A stretch of 63,483 bases of DNA, counting the filler, from Choristocarpus tenellus KU-1152 (lineage: Eukaryota > Protista > Phaeophyceae), in assembly GCA_964200185.2 (NCBI GenBank). It is 8 parts of 8 records of this genome, joined end to end, with 100 filler letters (N's around TTAATTAATTAA, not from the genome) between each part and the next. Parts side by side here need not be neighbours in the genome. Positions count along the whole stretch, not along the records: positions 51,053 to 54,347 come from CAXNAD020020972.1; positions 54,448 to 60,694 come from CAXNAD020008579.1; positions 60,795 to 63,483 come from CAXNAD020025633.1; 5 more parts are not named here. One strand, given 5' to 3'. The notes under the pieces were generated by a model. It did no database searches. It had not been told where the DNA came from and saw only the letters and a program-made list of their open reading frames with translations. Positions 52,447 through 63,483 of this stretch are shown here, in pieces (the first letter of the stretch is position 1; each line of letters opens with the position of its first letter). The position numbers and the translations under genes are program-made.

Positions 52447-54246
52447 GAAATGAAGGATTCCATTACACAACACGAGATGCTCTTCTAGTAGTTGATGATA
52501 GTAGTCTGTATGTATCCAGCAGGTGTAAGGACTCAACCTAGCTACTCTAAAGTATATGTAGAATGTTGTATCTCATCTTCAACTAGCTATGACCCTTGTT
52601 GACGGAATTGCGCTTTTCTTTGTGGTTAATACTTTCTTATCCATGCGGACTTGACTGGTGGGGATCTCTCTTTTTTTCACATAGGTACTACCTCTTTTCT
52701 TTCTATTTTCATTGACTTTCTGACAACAGGTTTAAGCACGCTGTGAATTGCTTCCTTCTCCTTGGCGATATCTGCCAATAACTTCCCTTCTTTCGAGCAT
52801 CACGTAACATTCTTCGAAACAAATGTGCACAAATCGATCAATATTCAAATTCCACATTGTACGAACCATGTGATTCGGTGGGGGGGCGTGGTTGACCCAC
52901 ACAAAGGAGGTGAAGAGAATCACCAGGCAAGATGGACCAGACCAACCACGACAAACTGTAGGCAAGTGGAGAGTGGAAAAGATGAGCATCTCATGAGAGT
53001 GAAGACCATCAGTGTGATAGGACGTGGTGTGAAAGTGATTGTGAGAATAGATCTGCAAAATGTGAGAGAGCAAAAAATGACAATTGATAAGCCTCATTTC
53101 TACAGTTGGTATGGTACTTTGGGATAAAAGTATACTAATACTTATGTGTAGCTTTCATTTGTTTCCCCCTTGACACATCCGGAAAATTTGAAGAGGGCAT
53201 TATAATAATATGTACTTCTTTAGGGTAAAAAATAAAAAATATTATACTAGTATATTTTGGAATGATGTTTTTCTCTTCCACAATGTTATTTTTTATTTTC
53301 CTTATGCCCTTCTCAACGAGTATGTATTGCCTTCTTTGGACTACTTTTTCGACCACAGGTCTTCTGGGATCTCAATAGGAATAGGAATAGCAATATACAG
53401 TCAGTGTACCAATATTAGAGAGGTCAATATTAGAGAAAACGGGATATAAGATTGGGTAAATTGCCTTGTCACAACTTTTCAAGGTATGTGAGAGAGGTTT
53501 CGGTGTTTTCCTCCCTATTCTCTCTTATATAGAGCAGTTATATTTTTTTCCACTACTTGACCGAGGGGTTTCCCATGAAACCATGTCTAAAGTTTAGCAA
53601 AATATACCAAAGTAAGACACAAACCTGCTCAACACTACCGGTACAAAGCTTAGCAGTCTTTTGACTCTCAGTACTGCACAGTAGAGTATGTACATACAAT
53701 ATATAAATTCCAGAGTTAAGCGACTGCATTGTACAGATACAATGATGTCCTGCGCAGTGGGATCCAGCTGCAACATCCTGGTCCACCACACTATACATGC
53801 CATAAGTGTCGGGTTGTAGCGGCTATCGTCATGGCACCTGCGGCATCACGAACCCTTTTGGTGCCAGCGAAATGAAACGCATGTGTATATTGTGCGTGAG
53901 CCCCACCAAGCGCAAGGCTTTGAGTCCTCTAGTCAGTGAGAACACGGTGTCGAAGTACCATGATAACAAGAACAAGGGCAAGGGGAAGGTGCTGCCAAAT
54001 ATATCTACGGAGAATGTCGCATCCTACAAGCCTCGCGGTGCCGACAATCGTAAACGCTTTAGCTTTGGATAGAAGGTGGAAGCATTGAAACTCCGGAAGA
54101 TCATGACGGGAACTTTGGTTGCTCAAAAGTTTGGAAGGAGGCAAGGACCATCATGGAGAAAGCACAGACGCTAAAGTCTGACGCCAAGTCTACGAGGGGC
54201 GCCAAACATACCGAGGTGTGTCAGCATGCGGACTGAAATTCTGAAA

Positions 54247-54347
54247 GACCCAAAGTATCTGCGGGGGGGGGGGGGGGGCTACACCAGGGGGGCCATTTGG
54301 GGCACAACCGGGAAAGGGGGGCTTACATTATCCCTCCTCTTTATTCA
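54247..54347 (+). mobile_element. MITE family B left part (B4), cut by an assembly gap
   Basis: GACCCAAAGTATCTG, poly-G, CTACACCAGGG...CCATTTGGGG as in B1. Confidence 0.85.
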
Positions 54348-54519
54348 NNNNNNNNNNNNNNNNNNNNNNNNNNNNNNNNNNNNNNNNNNNNTTAATTAAT
54401 TAANNNNNNNNNNNNNNNNNNNNNNNNNNNNNNNNNNNNNNNNNNNNTCACAAAAGAGATTGGGTGCTGTCATGGAAGGCTTACCCTTGCTAGGAACTAT
54501 GAATATATACCACAAAAAA

Positions 54520-54930
54520 TAACAATAGAGAGGGTCTCAGCAAGTCTCTCCCTCTTCACAACCATCAGCAAAATGAATACAGGCACAAAATTACAATAGC
54601 ACTGAAATAGGGTAGTGCTTAGACTGTCCCCCTTCACAGCTATAAACACAAATTATTGGACACCAAGATGTCTCACGGTCACAAACAAAAACAAGGTCCT
54701 GCCATATATAGGCTTGCTCTACCCACAAACAAAGAACATCAACAAAAAGACCCAGAAAAAAATAGGGAGTGTCATAGTAAGACTCTTCTTCCTCACAAAT
54801 ATCAACACAAATGAATATGGATGCAAAATGACAATAGTACTGAAATAGGGTGTTATCATAGACTCTTCCCCCTTCAGAACTATAAACACACACAATAGAA
54901 GACAGGAATCATGTCTTAAATACAAACAAA
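54520..54930. repeat. Two diverged direct copies of a ~170-bp segment, about 240 bp apart
   Basis: Shared AAATGAATA...CAAAAT.ACAATAG.ACTGAAATAGGGT...TAGACT.TCCCCCTTCA...CTATAAACACA near 54570-54650 and 54810-54892. Confidence 0.7.
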
Positions 54931-55157
54931 AATGTCTAAAACCTACATAAGATAGTAAATATCATAACAAGGCTACTCACACTGGTTCGAATGCGAAAAG
55001 GCAGATATGCTATTCGCCTGTAACATGCCCCCCAGCGTGAACTAGGAATACATGCTTCACGCTTACCACAGGCGATTATCACAGGTCAGGACAATAAATT
55101 TAATCTATCACCTCGAATCGTGCTGCGGCAGCATGTATTAATTGCCACATGGCGACA

Positions 55158-55512
55158 TAGGAGCTCCAGTTCCGACTTTTGCCAGTTTTTTTTTGTAACC
55201 TAGGGATTCCAGTTCCGATTCCGTTCCCACTCTGCCAGTTTTTTATGCGACCTAGGGACTCCAGTTCCGACTCCGTTCCGACTCCGTTCCGACTCTGTTC
55301 CCTCTCTGCCAGTTTTGTTGCAACTTAGGGACTCCAGTTCCGACTCCGTTCCCACTCTGCCAGTTTTTTATGCGACCTAGGGACTCCAGTTCCGACTCCG
55401 TTCCGACTCTGTTCCCTCTCTGCCAGTTTTGTTGCAACCTAGGGACTCCAGTTCCGATTCCGTTCCCACTCTGCCAGTTTTTTTGCGACCTAGGGACCCA
55501 GTTCCGACTAAA
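55158..55512. repeat. Compound minisatellite with units of 43, 52, 73, 52, 62 and 51 bp plus a partial unit
   Basis: Each unit is TAGGGACTCCA + n x 11-bp GTTCCGACTCC-like subunit + GCCAGTTTT...TGC(A/G)ACC; short and long units alternate. Confidence 0.92.
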
Positions 55513-56199
55513 CCTGTGGGATAAAAGAGCAGTGTGATACACGAAAAACAGATAGGGGATGTGAGTGTACGAATGGCAAGGAAGAACTACCTAGGCAGCG
55601 TCTATACTATGGCGGTGGAAAACCACTCGTTTACGACTATAGGTGGATGATGTCGCGATTGGAGGCCTCTCTTTTTACAGCTAGAGAGGGGCGATTCCCT
55701 CAGAGTCACAGAAGCCCTCAGACCCATGAAGACGACGGGCCCAAGGAGGGAATCCCGTAGACGACGAATGAAGACCACAAACCCAGGTGGAACGAGAAAG
55801 GAATCCGGGTGGAACAAGCAAGGAATCATAAATGTTGAGGTGAACAGATGAGTATATCTCTCCAGTTTGAAGAGAGGCGGTAGGATCTCCAGTCTCGGTT
55901 AGACCTCCATGTTACAGGCGCCCCATAGAAGCTCACCTCCACAGGATGTATAGCTCCGATCTACGGTCTTATAGATGATACTGATGTACGTATAGGACTT
56001 CCGATGCACAAGTCGTCAAGTATGCTGGATCTCCCACTTGGATAATTGTAAAAATCATGGTATAAAAAGGGACTGATCAATGATGTCTTATCACAATCGG
56101 AGACCATAATGACCAAATGATAAATAAATAATAAGGAAGTACAAATATATCAAATCTAGAACTTCAATGTCATAATGGTGTTTATGAAACCACCATCAA

Positions 56200-57510
56200 G
56201 ACATATCGCCTGTGACATTAGTGATATTCAAAGTGCGTATTGTCAAATTCCAGTTGCTGAAGATGATAAAATTGCTTTAGTCACTTTCAGAGGCAATTTT
56301 TCTTTTAAGGGTTTGGAATATCAAATGCCCCCTGCCAATTTGAAAGTATCGCGTCATTAGCCTTTGCCAATTTTGGGCCACTTTGTGGTTTGCTAGTTTA
56401 CATGGATTATTTGATTGCTTGTTCTCACACATGGGAAGGACCTTTAGAGTTAAAGCATCTTAGAGGGTGCGACTTTTGCTCTGTTTATTCGATTGGGGCT
56501 TGGCTTCCCACAGGGTTTTTTACGAATTTTTCCTATTCCGAAATATTTCGGAGTAGGTAAGACTTACACGTTTTTGGAGTAGGTATCATGTATATGTCCG
56601 GAACAAGGATATTGACATTTCCTCACAAACACATAGCCAAAATTACGTCAAAATGGAGACATTTGATTTTGGTCCCCAAACGGACGCAGTTCTACTCTCT
56701 AAGATACTTTGACTCTTCACTAAGAAAGGTATCAGTAAGAACGTTGATAAAGAATGGGGAGCGGACCAGGACATGGTATTTTTCGAAGTAAAACGATTAC
56801 TCACTGCAGTCTCGGTTCTCGTATTCCCTGACTTTGCCAAAGAGTTTGCCGTGTCCATGTTGATGCCAGTGAGAGTGGTGCTGGGTTTTTTAGCACAACT
56901 CTGATCCGACAATCCTAATGACCTAGGCATCATTACTTACTTCAGCAAGACATTTAATGAAGTACAACGTCTCTATTCAGCTACATTAAGAGAGTGTTAT
57001 GCAGTCGTTACAGCTATCACTCATTGGCGATCGTATCTTTGGGGTAGACACTTCACCTGCATTACAGATCACGCTGTATTGTATTACTTGTATAGAATGC
57101 AGGATACCAGTAACATGCTTACTCGTTGGGCTATTGCACTTCAAGGTTATGATATCACTGTCAAACACAAGCTCGGCAAGTTAAATGTTCTACCTGACAC
57201 TCTATCTCGTATTTTCAAGTTTGAGGAACTAGAGAAATCCGTTGCTCCAATGCTGGCACCCATTTGTCGCAATGTGCCTATCGGTAGTCGTGCATTTACC
57301 ACACTTGTTCAAAAGGAATATGAGTTATCTGCTTCTAACCTTGACTAAGCAACGCCTGTTCAAAGTGATCGTGAACTATTTACTAGTTCCACTACTATGT
57401 TCCTGGAGTGGACCCGAAGCAATTAGGCACGGAGCAGGAATCCGAGTTCGGACCATATTTCAGTTATTTGCAGTCCCCCAATGTCGTCCTATCACCTGAT
57501 AAGGAATCAA
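56200..57510 (+). mobile_element. Decayed Ty3/gypsy pol fragment (RT - RNase H), interrupted by MITE A5
   Basis: DIQSAYCQIPVAEDD; LVYMDY (cf. YxDD); FPDFAKEFAV, DAS; YSATLRECYAV; WRSYLWGRHFTCITDH; LTRWAIALQGYDITVKHKLGKLNVLPDTLSR. Frameshifts and stops present. Confidence 0.92.
56447..56715 (-). mobile_element. MITE family A copy (A5), 269 bp, inside the gypsy RT; flanks TTTA / TTCA
   Basis: Ends GAGTTAAAGCATCTTAGAGGGTG / TACTCTCTAAGATACTTTGACTC. Confidence 0.92.
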
Positions 57511-57514
57511 TGAC

Positions 57515-59997
57515 GTCTGGTACGTCACTGTCGTTCAGCCAGGCCATTGTCTTGGGGGGTGTAGGGGTTTGTAATCTCTTGACGGATGTTGTGGTGGGTG
57601 CGGCAGGTGGAGATGTCGCGTCCTGTGTACTCGCCGCCGTTGTCCGAGTGTAGAATCTGGATGCAGTACCCAGTGTTGGCAGTAACATCAGTGCGGTAGC
57701 GCCGAATGGTGTTGAACACGCCAGACTTGGATCGAATGAAGTAGATGTGGCGCATGCGGGTAGCAAAATCCGTATAGAGCCAAAGTATCTTAGAGGGTAG
57801 CGCCGCGTCCATTTGGGGGCCAAAATACAATGTTGCGATTTTGATGAAATTTTGGCTATCGTCTTTGTTAGGAAGTGTCAATATCTTTGTTCTCGACGCA
57901 CCTTTTTACAACGTACACATTTTACCCATTCCGAAAATTATCCGAGTAGGTAATGTCTTAAAATACCCTGAGGGAAGCCAAGCCCCAAATGGACTAACAG
58001 GGCAAAACTCGTACCCTCTAAGATACTTTCACTCATAGATAGCAGTGTAGCTGCTCCCGGAGAAGAACGGTGGCGACACTGACCCAGTGACGTCGGTATG
58101 GACAACTTCTAGGGGGGGTGCCAGGGTGTGGCGGAAATTTTGGAATGGAGTTGATGGGCGGTTTTGTTCATGGCACAAGAGGAGCATGAAGGGAGGTGTT
58201 CTGTTGTGGGAAAGGTAAGATCTGTTGGGTGGTGGGATTTAAGGCGGTGCAGGTCCCGATCATTGAGGTGGGCTAGGCGGTGGTGCCAGAGGAGCAGTGT
58301 GGAAAAGGCTGAGGAAGGTGTGGTTGGTGGGGGCGTATGGTCAATGGGAGAGGTGAGTGTGGCAGGGGTGGGGGTAGGTGATGCTTGGAGGGCAGGAGGG
58401 ATAATGGGGTCAGGTGGTGAGGGGGTGGCAGGACAGGCGGAGAAGTCCAGGTAGTACAAGGAGGCCAGAGTTTGCAGTGGTATACTGGTCTTACTGTTGA
58501 TGAGGTGCGGTTGGAGGGAGATCACAGTGGTCCAGTCAGTAGTCGCCGCAGCACATGCAAAGTACAAATGACGACCAAGTCCGGGTACCAGCAGATCAGT
58601 GAACATGGAGCGTGAAAGCCATGATGGGGGGTGCTGCAGCAGTCCTGTGGAGAGAGCTTGCTGATATGCTGTGAGGTGTAGGTTCCCGATGCCCAAGATG
58701 ATGATGGAGTGGGCAAGGGAGATAAAGTGGGATAGGGAATGGTGGTGAATGGAAAGGAGAGTGGGATCAGCCATGTGGGTTGTGCAGCCAGAGGCAACTA
58801 TGAAGGAGGTGAGTTCGGTTGGGTGTGGATCATTTACTGGAGCTGTGTGGTGAGTTGTGGTGGTTGGATGTATGAGATTGAAGGTGGTGGTGGAGAAACA
58901 GTAGGAGTAGTGACCATTTGCACCTGGACCCCAGCCATCTGATGGTGCTGAGGTGGTGATCGAAGTGGTGGCGGTCTGATTGGAAATAGTTGGTGGTACG
59001 TTGGGTGGATGAGGGGCGGTCGGTCGGGAAATTTGGCGGTTTTGGGCGCCGCATTCTTGGTCAGTGTGGGTGGAGGTCATATGAAAGGAACACCACATGC
59101 CAGTGGGTGGGTAGTGGGTGTGATGTGGTGGTGGAGTGGGAGCAGTTGGGGGTGTGGCTGGAGTGGAGGAGTGGTTGGGGCAGCAGCAGCGATGGTGGCC
59201 AGGTTGGTTGCAGCGTTGGCAGGGGCAGGGATTGGCGGTCAGAGCAAGGTTGGGAGCACCGTCAGTGGAGGAGTCAGCAAGGTTCAGATTGTTGTTGTAC
59301 GTCACTCGAAATGCTTTGGTGAGGTCCTCCGTAGACTAGTCCGACTGGAAACGAACTTGGCTGTGAAGCGCATCATAGTCTGGCGAAAGGCCAGAGATGA
59401 TTGCAGCCCGCAGGCGAAAATCACTGGTCATTTTACCGAACCCCTCCAGCTCAGCTTTAGCCTTGTAAGGGCGTAGAAGCCACTGATCGGGGTCCTCGCC
59501 AGCGTCCATGGTGCAGTGCTCAAAACGACGATGAACAGCGCGCATCCGTTGCTCCGTGGCTGCTTCATACTTCGACTTGAGGACCTGCCATGCTGATAAT
59601 CCATCATTCAGTTGAGTCTCATCACGTTGTTGGAGTCCATGGAGTAGGTCCTTGGCAGGTCCACGGCAGATAGCAAGGAGGATGCCGAAGAGCTGGTCGT
59701 TGTCCTCTTCATAGGTGGTGATGGGTGAGGCTGTGGCAGCGGCGGGACATAGCGGGCACTGGACCAGAACTTTATGGGCCTTGGGTGCAATACAGCTCAG
59801 GATGCTCACAAAGTCAAGTTTGAAGGCATCCCAGCAGGAGTCGTCGTCAGTGAAGATGGGGAGTTTTAGTGTGCGTTCCATGACGAGGTTGTTGTGAAGT
59901 TATCTAGTGGTGTGAGGGAGGGAACTGGGGGCAGTACAATAGAAGGTCGGGAGGATTGGGTGTAGTATGTGTCGATCAAGTGTTGAGGCTCATAACC
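57515..59997 (-). mobile_element. Ty1/copia retrotransposon internal region (gag - protease - integrase), truncated before RT, decayed
   Basis: Gag ORF 59881..59336 (LFGILLAICRGPAKDLL...DGLSAWQVLKSKYE); zinc knuckle CQRCNQPGHHRCCC; protease FIVASGCTTHM (catalytic D lost); LWHHRLAHLN...CSSC; integrase VVHTDV, LHSDNGGEY, PYTPQDNGLAER. PBS-like GGTTATGAGCC at 59997..59987 follows a terminal CA. Confidence 0.95.
57777..58034 (+). mobile_element. MITE family A copy (A6), 258 bp, inside the copia integrase; 3-bp TSD ATA
   Basis: Ends GAGCCAAAGTATCTTAGAGGGTA / TACCCTCTAAGATACTTTCACTC. Excision with one ATA restores ...SYTAIYTDFATR... in the integrase. Confidence 0.95.
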
Positions 59998-60603
59998 TGT
60001 TGAAACCTGAACCGAATGCGTTGTACATGTAAGTGAAATGCGTAGACTACGAGTGAAGAGGAATCATGGTGTTGTAAAGCACCGATGGGTAAAATACGTA
60101 GTCTGTGGTATGGGTAGATGTGCTTGCACTGCAAAGCACTGATGAATTTATTCTGTTGCAACTGAAGCCAATGATCTCTCAGTCAAGAATGGTGTGATGT
60201 GAATTCAGTGTTATTTCATGAGATACTCAACGCAAGAAGTCCATGCTCTCTGGAGTGGCTTGTTACCTTGGCTGGCAAGGGTTTCCGCGGATGGTTTCAA
60301 CTCTGTATGTATTACATCCAAGTATGCGTCTAGGGCACTGTTGCAGAGTGAGGTTGATGCTCTCAGAGGGGGCAATGACAACCAATGAAGAAATAATAAC
60401 CAACAATTAACTTGCAACTGGAGTCTTCTACTGATAAAAAATAACAAAGATGGCAGGCAACAACAAGGAGAAAAAAAAGCAGAAGGTAACAGTGGGATGC
60501 GCCTGGAACAAGTTCTGAAGTAAGTTGGATGACGTGTGCGATGATATTCCTGTGTGTGATGTGCATCAACTGAATATCAACTGATGCTATACTTCTACCT
60601 ACA
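59998..60603 (-). repeat. Probable 5' LTR of the copia element; outer boundary tentative
   Basis: Ends ...TTCAACA next to the PBS-like motif; minus-strand AATAAA near 60150; candidate TG start at 60603. No second LTR in the window to confirm. Confidence 0.5.
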
Positions 60604-60794
60604 GTCATCGATGTGATGATGAGGTAGGATATGTTCGATTAGACTCTTCCAACTCTATCGGACAGTTACGGTAAATTATTTATGGAGTAATGGANNNNNN
60701 NNNNNNNNNNNNNNNNNNNNNNNNNNNNNNNNNNNNNNTTAATTAATTAANNNNNNNNNNNNNNNNNNNNNNNNNNNNNNNNNNNNNNNNNNNN

Positions 60795-60822
60795 CCCCCC
60801 CCCCCCCCAGATACTTTGACCC
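60795..60822. mobile_element. MITE family B terminus (B5) at a contig start
   Basis: Poly-C followed by AGATACTTTGACCC. Confidence 0.75.
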
Positions 60823-61758
60823 TCTCTGGAGGATGTAACCCTTGCAGGTTGGAGATCGTGTGGGTTCAACTACCACATAAAATAATGCGAACTTGCTTAT
60901 CATAGTACTTGAGGTAATACGACAGAGTACTGCAGCGAAACAGTGGTGGAATACAATATTTCCTGCAGAACAAAAAAGACAAGGTGGCCGCTGAGCAGAT
61001 ACACGAGATCAAAGACCAGGTTCAATTTTAGAGAGAGCTGGTTAGAGCTGGCATAAGATGGCAACGAGATGGATGCATGATACGGAGAGATAGTTGATAA
61101 CGGCGATAATTTAGAATCTGTTCGAGACTGCCTAGCAAGTTTTGGGTGCTCAGGTGCCAAGATCGTTGACAAAGTGGTAATGGCCAAGCATAGACTCATT
61201 GGCACAAGAACATGCGTGAGTGAGAAGATGCACACTAGGGGAAGAGTCAGTACTGGTAATACATGGAAAAGAGGGGGACGCAGACTCACACAAGCAACTT
61301 GGTTATACATGGTACAAACGTAAGAGAGCATCCAGAGTCCTCGAAAGGAAGGGTCGCTTCACAGAAGGAGATGTCTTGTACTCTCTTGACACACGTTGAC
61401 ACGAATAGTGGTAATTTAATCCAAACATCTTGGTTTCTTTGATGTGTTCATAGAGAGTTTCACTGCTCATCGCCATACACAACATAGAATTTGAGGCCAA
61501 GGTAACATTTCGCCATCTAAGACAACTTGTCCGACAACGCCAGCCAAAAAAAAGACAAATCTAAGAGATGTAGTACTTCCTCATGAAATATGCCACTAAC
61601 AATTTTGTTGAGAAAATGATCAATCTCCTACACGATCCGCACAATAAGGTAGTCAATTTTCCATTGAAAGACACAGTCCAACTACCACTCCAATGTATCA
61701 TAAAGGGATATGGACAAGTTCTCTACTAATTTCCCCACCCCACAAAGCTCACAAATGC

Positions 61759-63182
61759 TCATGCAAAAAGGATGGGAGATTTGTTGTCATGTAGATGTGA
61801 TACCCCCTTTTTTGCAGACCTTGGTCCCCATCCAAACATTGTTGCCAAAAGACCGAAAAAGAATGACCCTCCCCCCACTCCTTCCCCTCTTGCAGGCATA
61901 ACTTCAGTCTGTACCGTCCCTTTCTCATACTCCATTCTTGCAGGCATAGGTCTATTTAGAGGCTGCGAACTAACACTTGGTGTCCCCTCCTGGTCTGCTT
62001 GAAACCCTCTTCTCAACCCCTCATTAATCAAAGTCGGTGACAATCCATCCTGTCTCCTAGCCTCAGTTTCCCCATCCACTTCCAATGGAGAATGGTGCTC
62101 TGGACGGGATGGGGTACCCCCCTCTTCATCCCCCCCCAAGAAGGCATCAAGAACGGGTCCAACATGAGTAGCCATCTCCTCTGTACCAAGATCCTCCTCA
62201 CCATATTCGGAAAGGTCACCCTCTCTGGCTCCAATCTCCTTTCCCGAATCAACCTGCCTATCTCCTTGGTTTCCTCCTTCCTGACAGCTGACATCTTGAG
62301 CTTGTGGGGATGACAGGGGAGGTGAAGGAGCATGACGTAAGTATCCCTTGACTCTTCTCAGCTGCGCCCTTAGTTCATCACACTTTCCTCGCAAAACCTT
62401 CACCCTGGCCTCTTGGTACCTAACAACAAAGGGATATGGAGGTGCGTGAGAAGGTGAAGGGGGGCGGGACAAGGGTCGGCAGCTTGGTGGATGACACACA
62501 CATATTCTTACTATCTTGGAGTACACTCCCAAGCAAAAGTATGACTAGGGGGTTTGAGGACAAATGATATAGAACTGCCTCTATAGGTGAGCAGACAGGG
62601 GTGTCAAAGGGGAGTCAAGGTAGCATGCGTGTGCAGATGAGAGCAGATTAAAGAGAGGCAATAATGCATGGGGGCTCATTTCAAGCTCACACTAACACAC
62701 CATGTCCATAGAGGCCTCAGAAAAAACACAACTCGCGTCAAGCTTGAGCATTACAGTAAGGTGCGCCGGTGCCAATTGCCTCATGCCAATAGGGGGACAC
62801 TTTGACGTTTTACTCAACACCCCTCTCTCAAATACTTGAATCAACCTTAACCTTCATTTCTGGCGGGGCTCTCATCGCCTCCATCACGCAGAACCTGCCC
62901 ACCCCCAGTGTCAAATACGTTAGGGTCACATAAATGCATCACCCCTCGCAAGACAGAAATAACCCCCGGCAACTTCTTTAACCACCCCCTCTTCCAGCAC
63001 AAAAACAACTATAACTGGTCATTGCCACTCACCTTGCAGCACCACGGCTACGCACAGTCTCTTCCCGAGCAGACGTAATTGCTTCTCTCAAGCGAACGAT
63101 TCGTCGAGCCACCCCGGATGGACTGTCCTCTCCCACCAGACCTCTCATGATACAAAGCTCCTCCGACTCACAGAGCGCAAGG
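61759..63182 (-). CDS. Exons of an uncharacterised coiled-coil / low-complexity protein: 63182..63033 and 62419..61804 (or to the stop at 61759)
   Basis: Phase-2 GT-AG junction gives ...RLREAITSAREETVRSRGAAR|YQEARVKVLRGKCDELRAQLRRVKG..., followed by an acidic, disordered stretch. Confidence 0.65.
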
Positions 63183-63393
63183 CTTCACGGTTAGAGTAGA
63201 GGCTTCAAGGATAGGGGATGAGGATTGAACAGACATTTTGATGTTGTCGCTACGAACGAACCCCTTTTCCTTAGAAGCATTCGGGAGCGTGTTGGTCATC
63301 TCCTCGAGACGTTCATAGATTTAAACTCAACTGGGTCGAACTAGTCACAAAATCACAAGCCGAGTGCACATAGAGAGCAATCTGTGCATTTTC

Positions 63394-63483
63394 GACCCAA
63401 AGTATCTGGGGGGGGGGGGGGAGGGGGTCTACATCGGAGTGTCCATTTTTTTTTTTTTACAAAAAACAGGAAAGATGGACTTT
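63394..63483 (+). mobile_element. MITE family B left part (B6), running off the window
   Basis: GACCCAAAGTATCTGGG, poly-G, TCTACATCGGAGTGTCCATTTT...CAGGAAA as in B1. Confidence 0.85.

Noticed and set aside
51520-54240. Short ORFs such as 52762..53127 and 53806..54072
   Set aside because: No domain or splice-consistent model could be supported by eye.
55158-55512. Repeat-spacer-like pattern as a CRISPR or guide array; repetitive ORF 55252..55542
   Set aside because: The variable parts are copies of one 11-bp subunit, not unique spacers; the ORF is a by-product of the repeat.
58164-59476. Plus-strand Gly/Val/Trp-rich ORFs
   Set aside because: Antisense shadows of the C/A-rich copia gag-pol.

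Overview
Eukaryotic, intron-rich nuclear DNA, most likely a brown alga or close stramenopile relative (inferred from an intron-containing EsV-1-7 repeat gene, GT-AG introns and the transposon content). The window is eight assembly pieces joined by seven identical 100-nt spacers (N44-TTAATTAATTAA-N44). Genes rebuilt by hand from splice sites: a complete acylaminoacyl-peptidase (APEH, S9C); the 5' part of RAD51C; the 3' part of a sorbitol dehydrogenase; a five-repeat EsV-1-7 Cys/His protein; minus-strand coiled-coil gene exons; and two poorly characterised genes. Decayed mobile elements: piggyBac-like, RTE-type LINE, Ty3/gypsy, Ty1/copia and possibly Penelope-like. Two unexplained structures stand out. 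(1) Twelve copies or fragments of two small non-coding inverted-repeat (MITE-like) families share a terminal core (GnnnnAAAGTATCT) and a subterminal motif (GTCCATTTGGG) but have different interiors and mixed 3-bp and 4-bp target-site duplications. (2) The EsV-1-7 locus has phase-0 introns exactly at repeat boundaries and two decayed partial copies of itself upstream, one direct and one inverted. No CRISPR, rRNA or tRNA was recognised. All coordinates were read by eye and no database searches were run.
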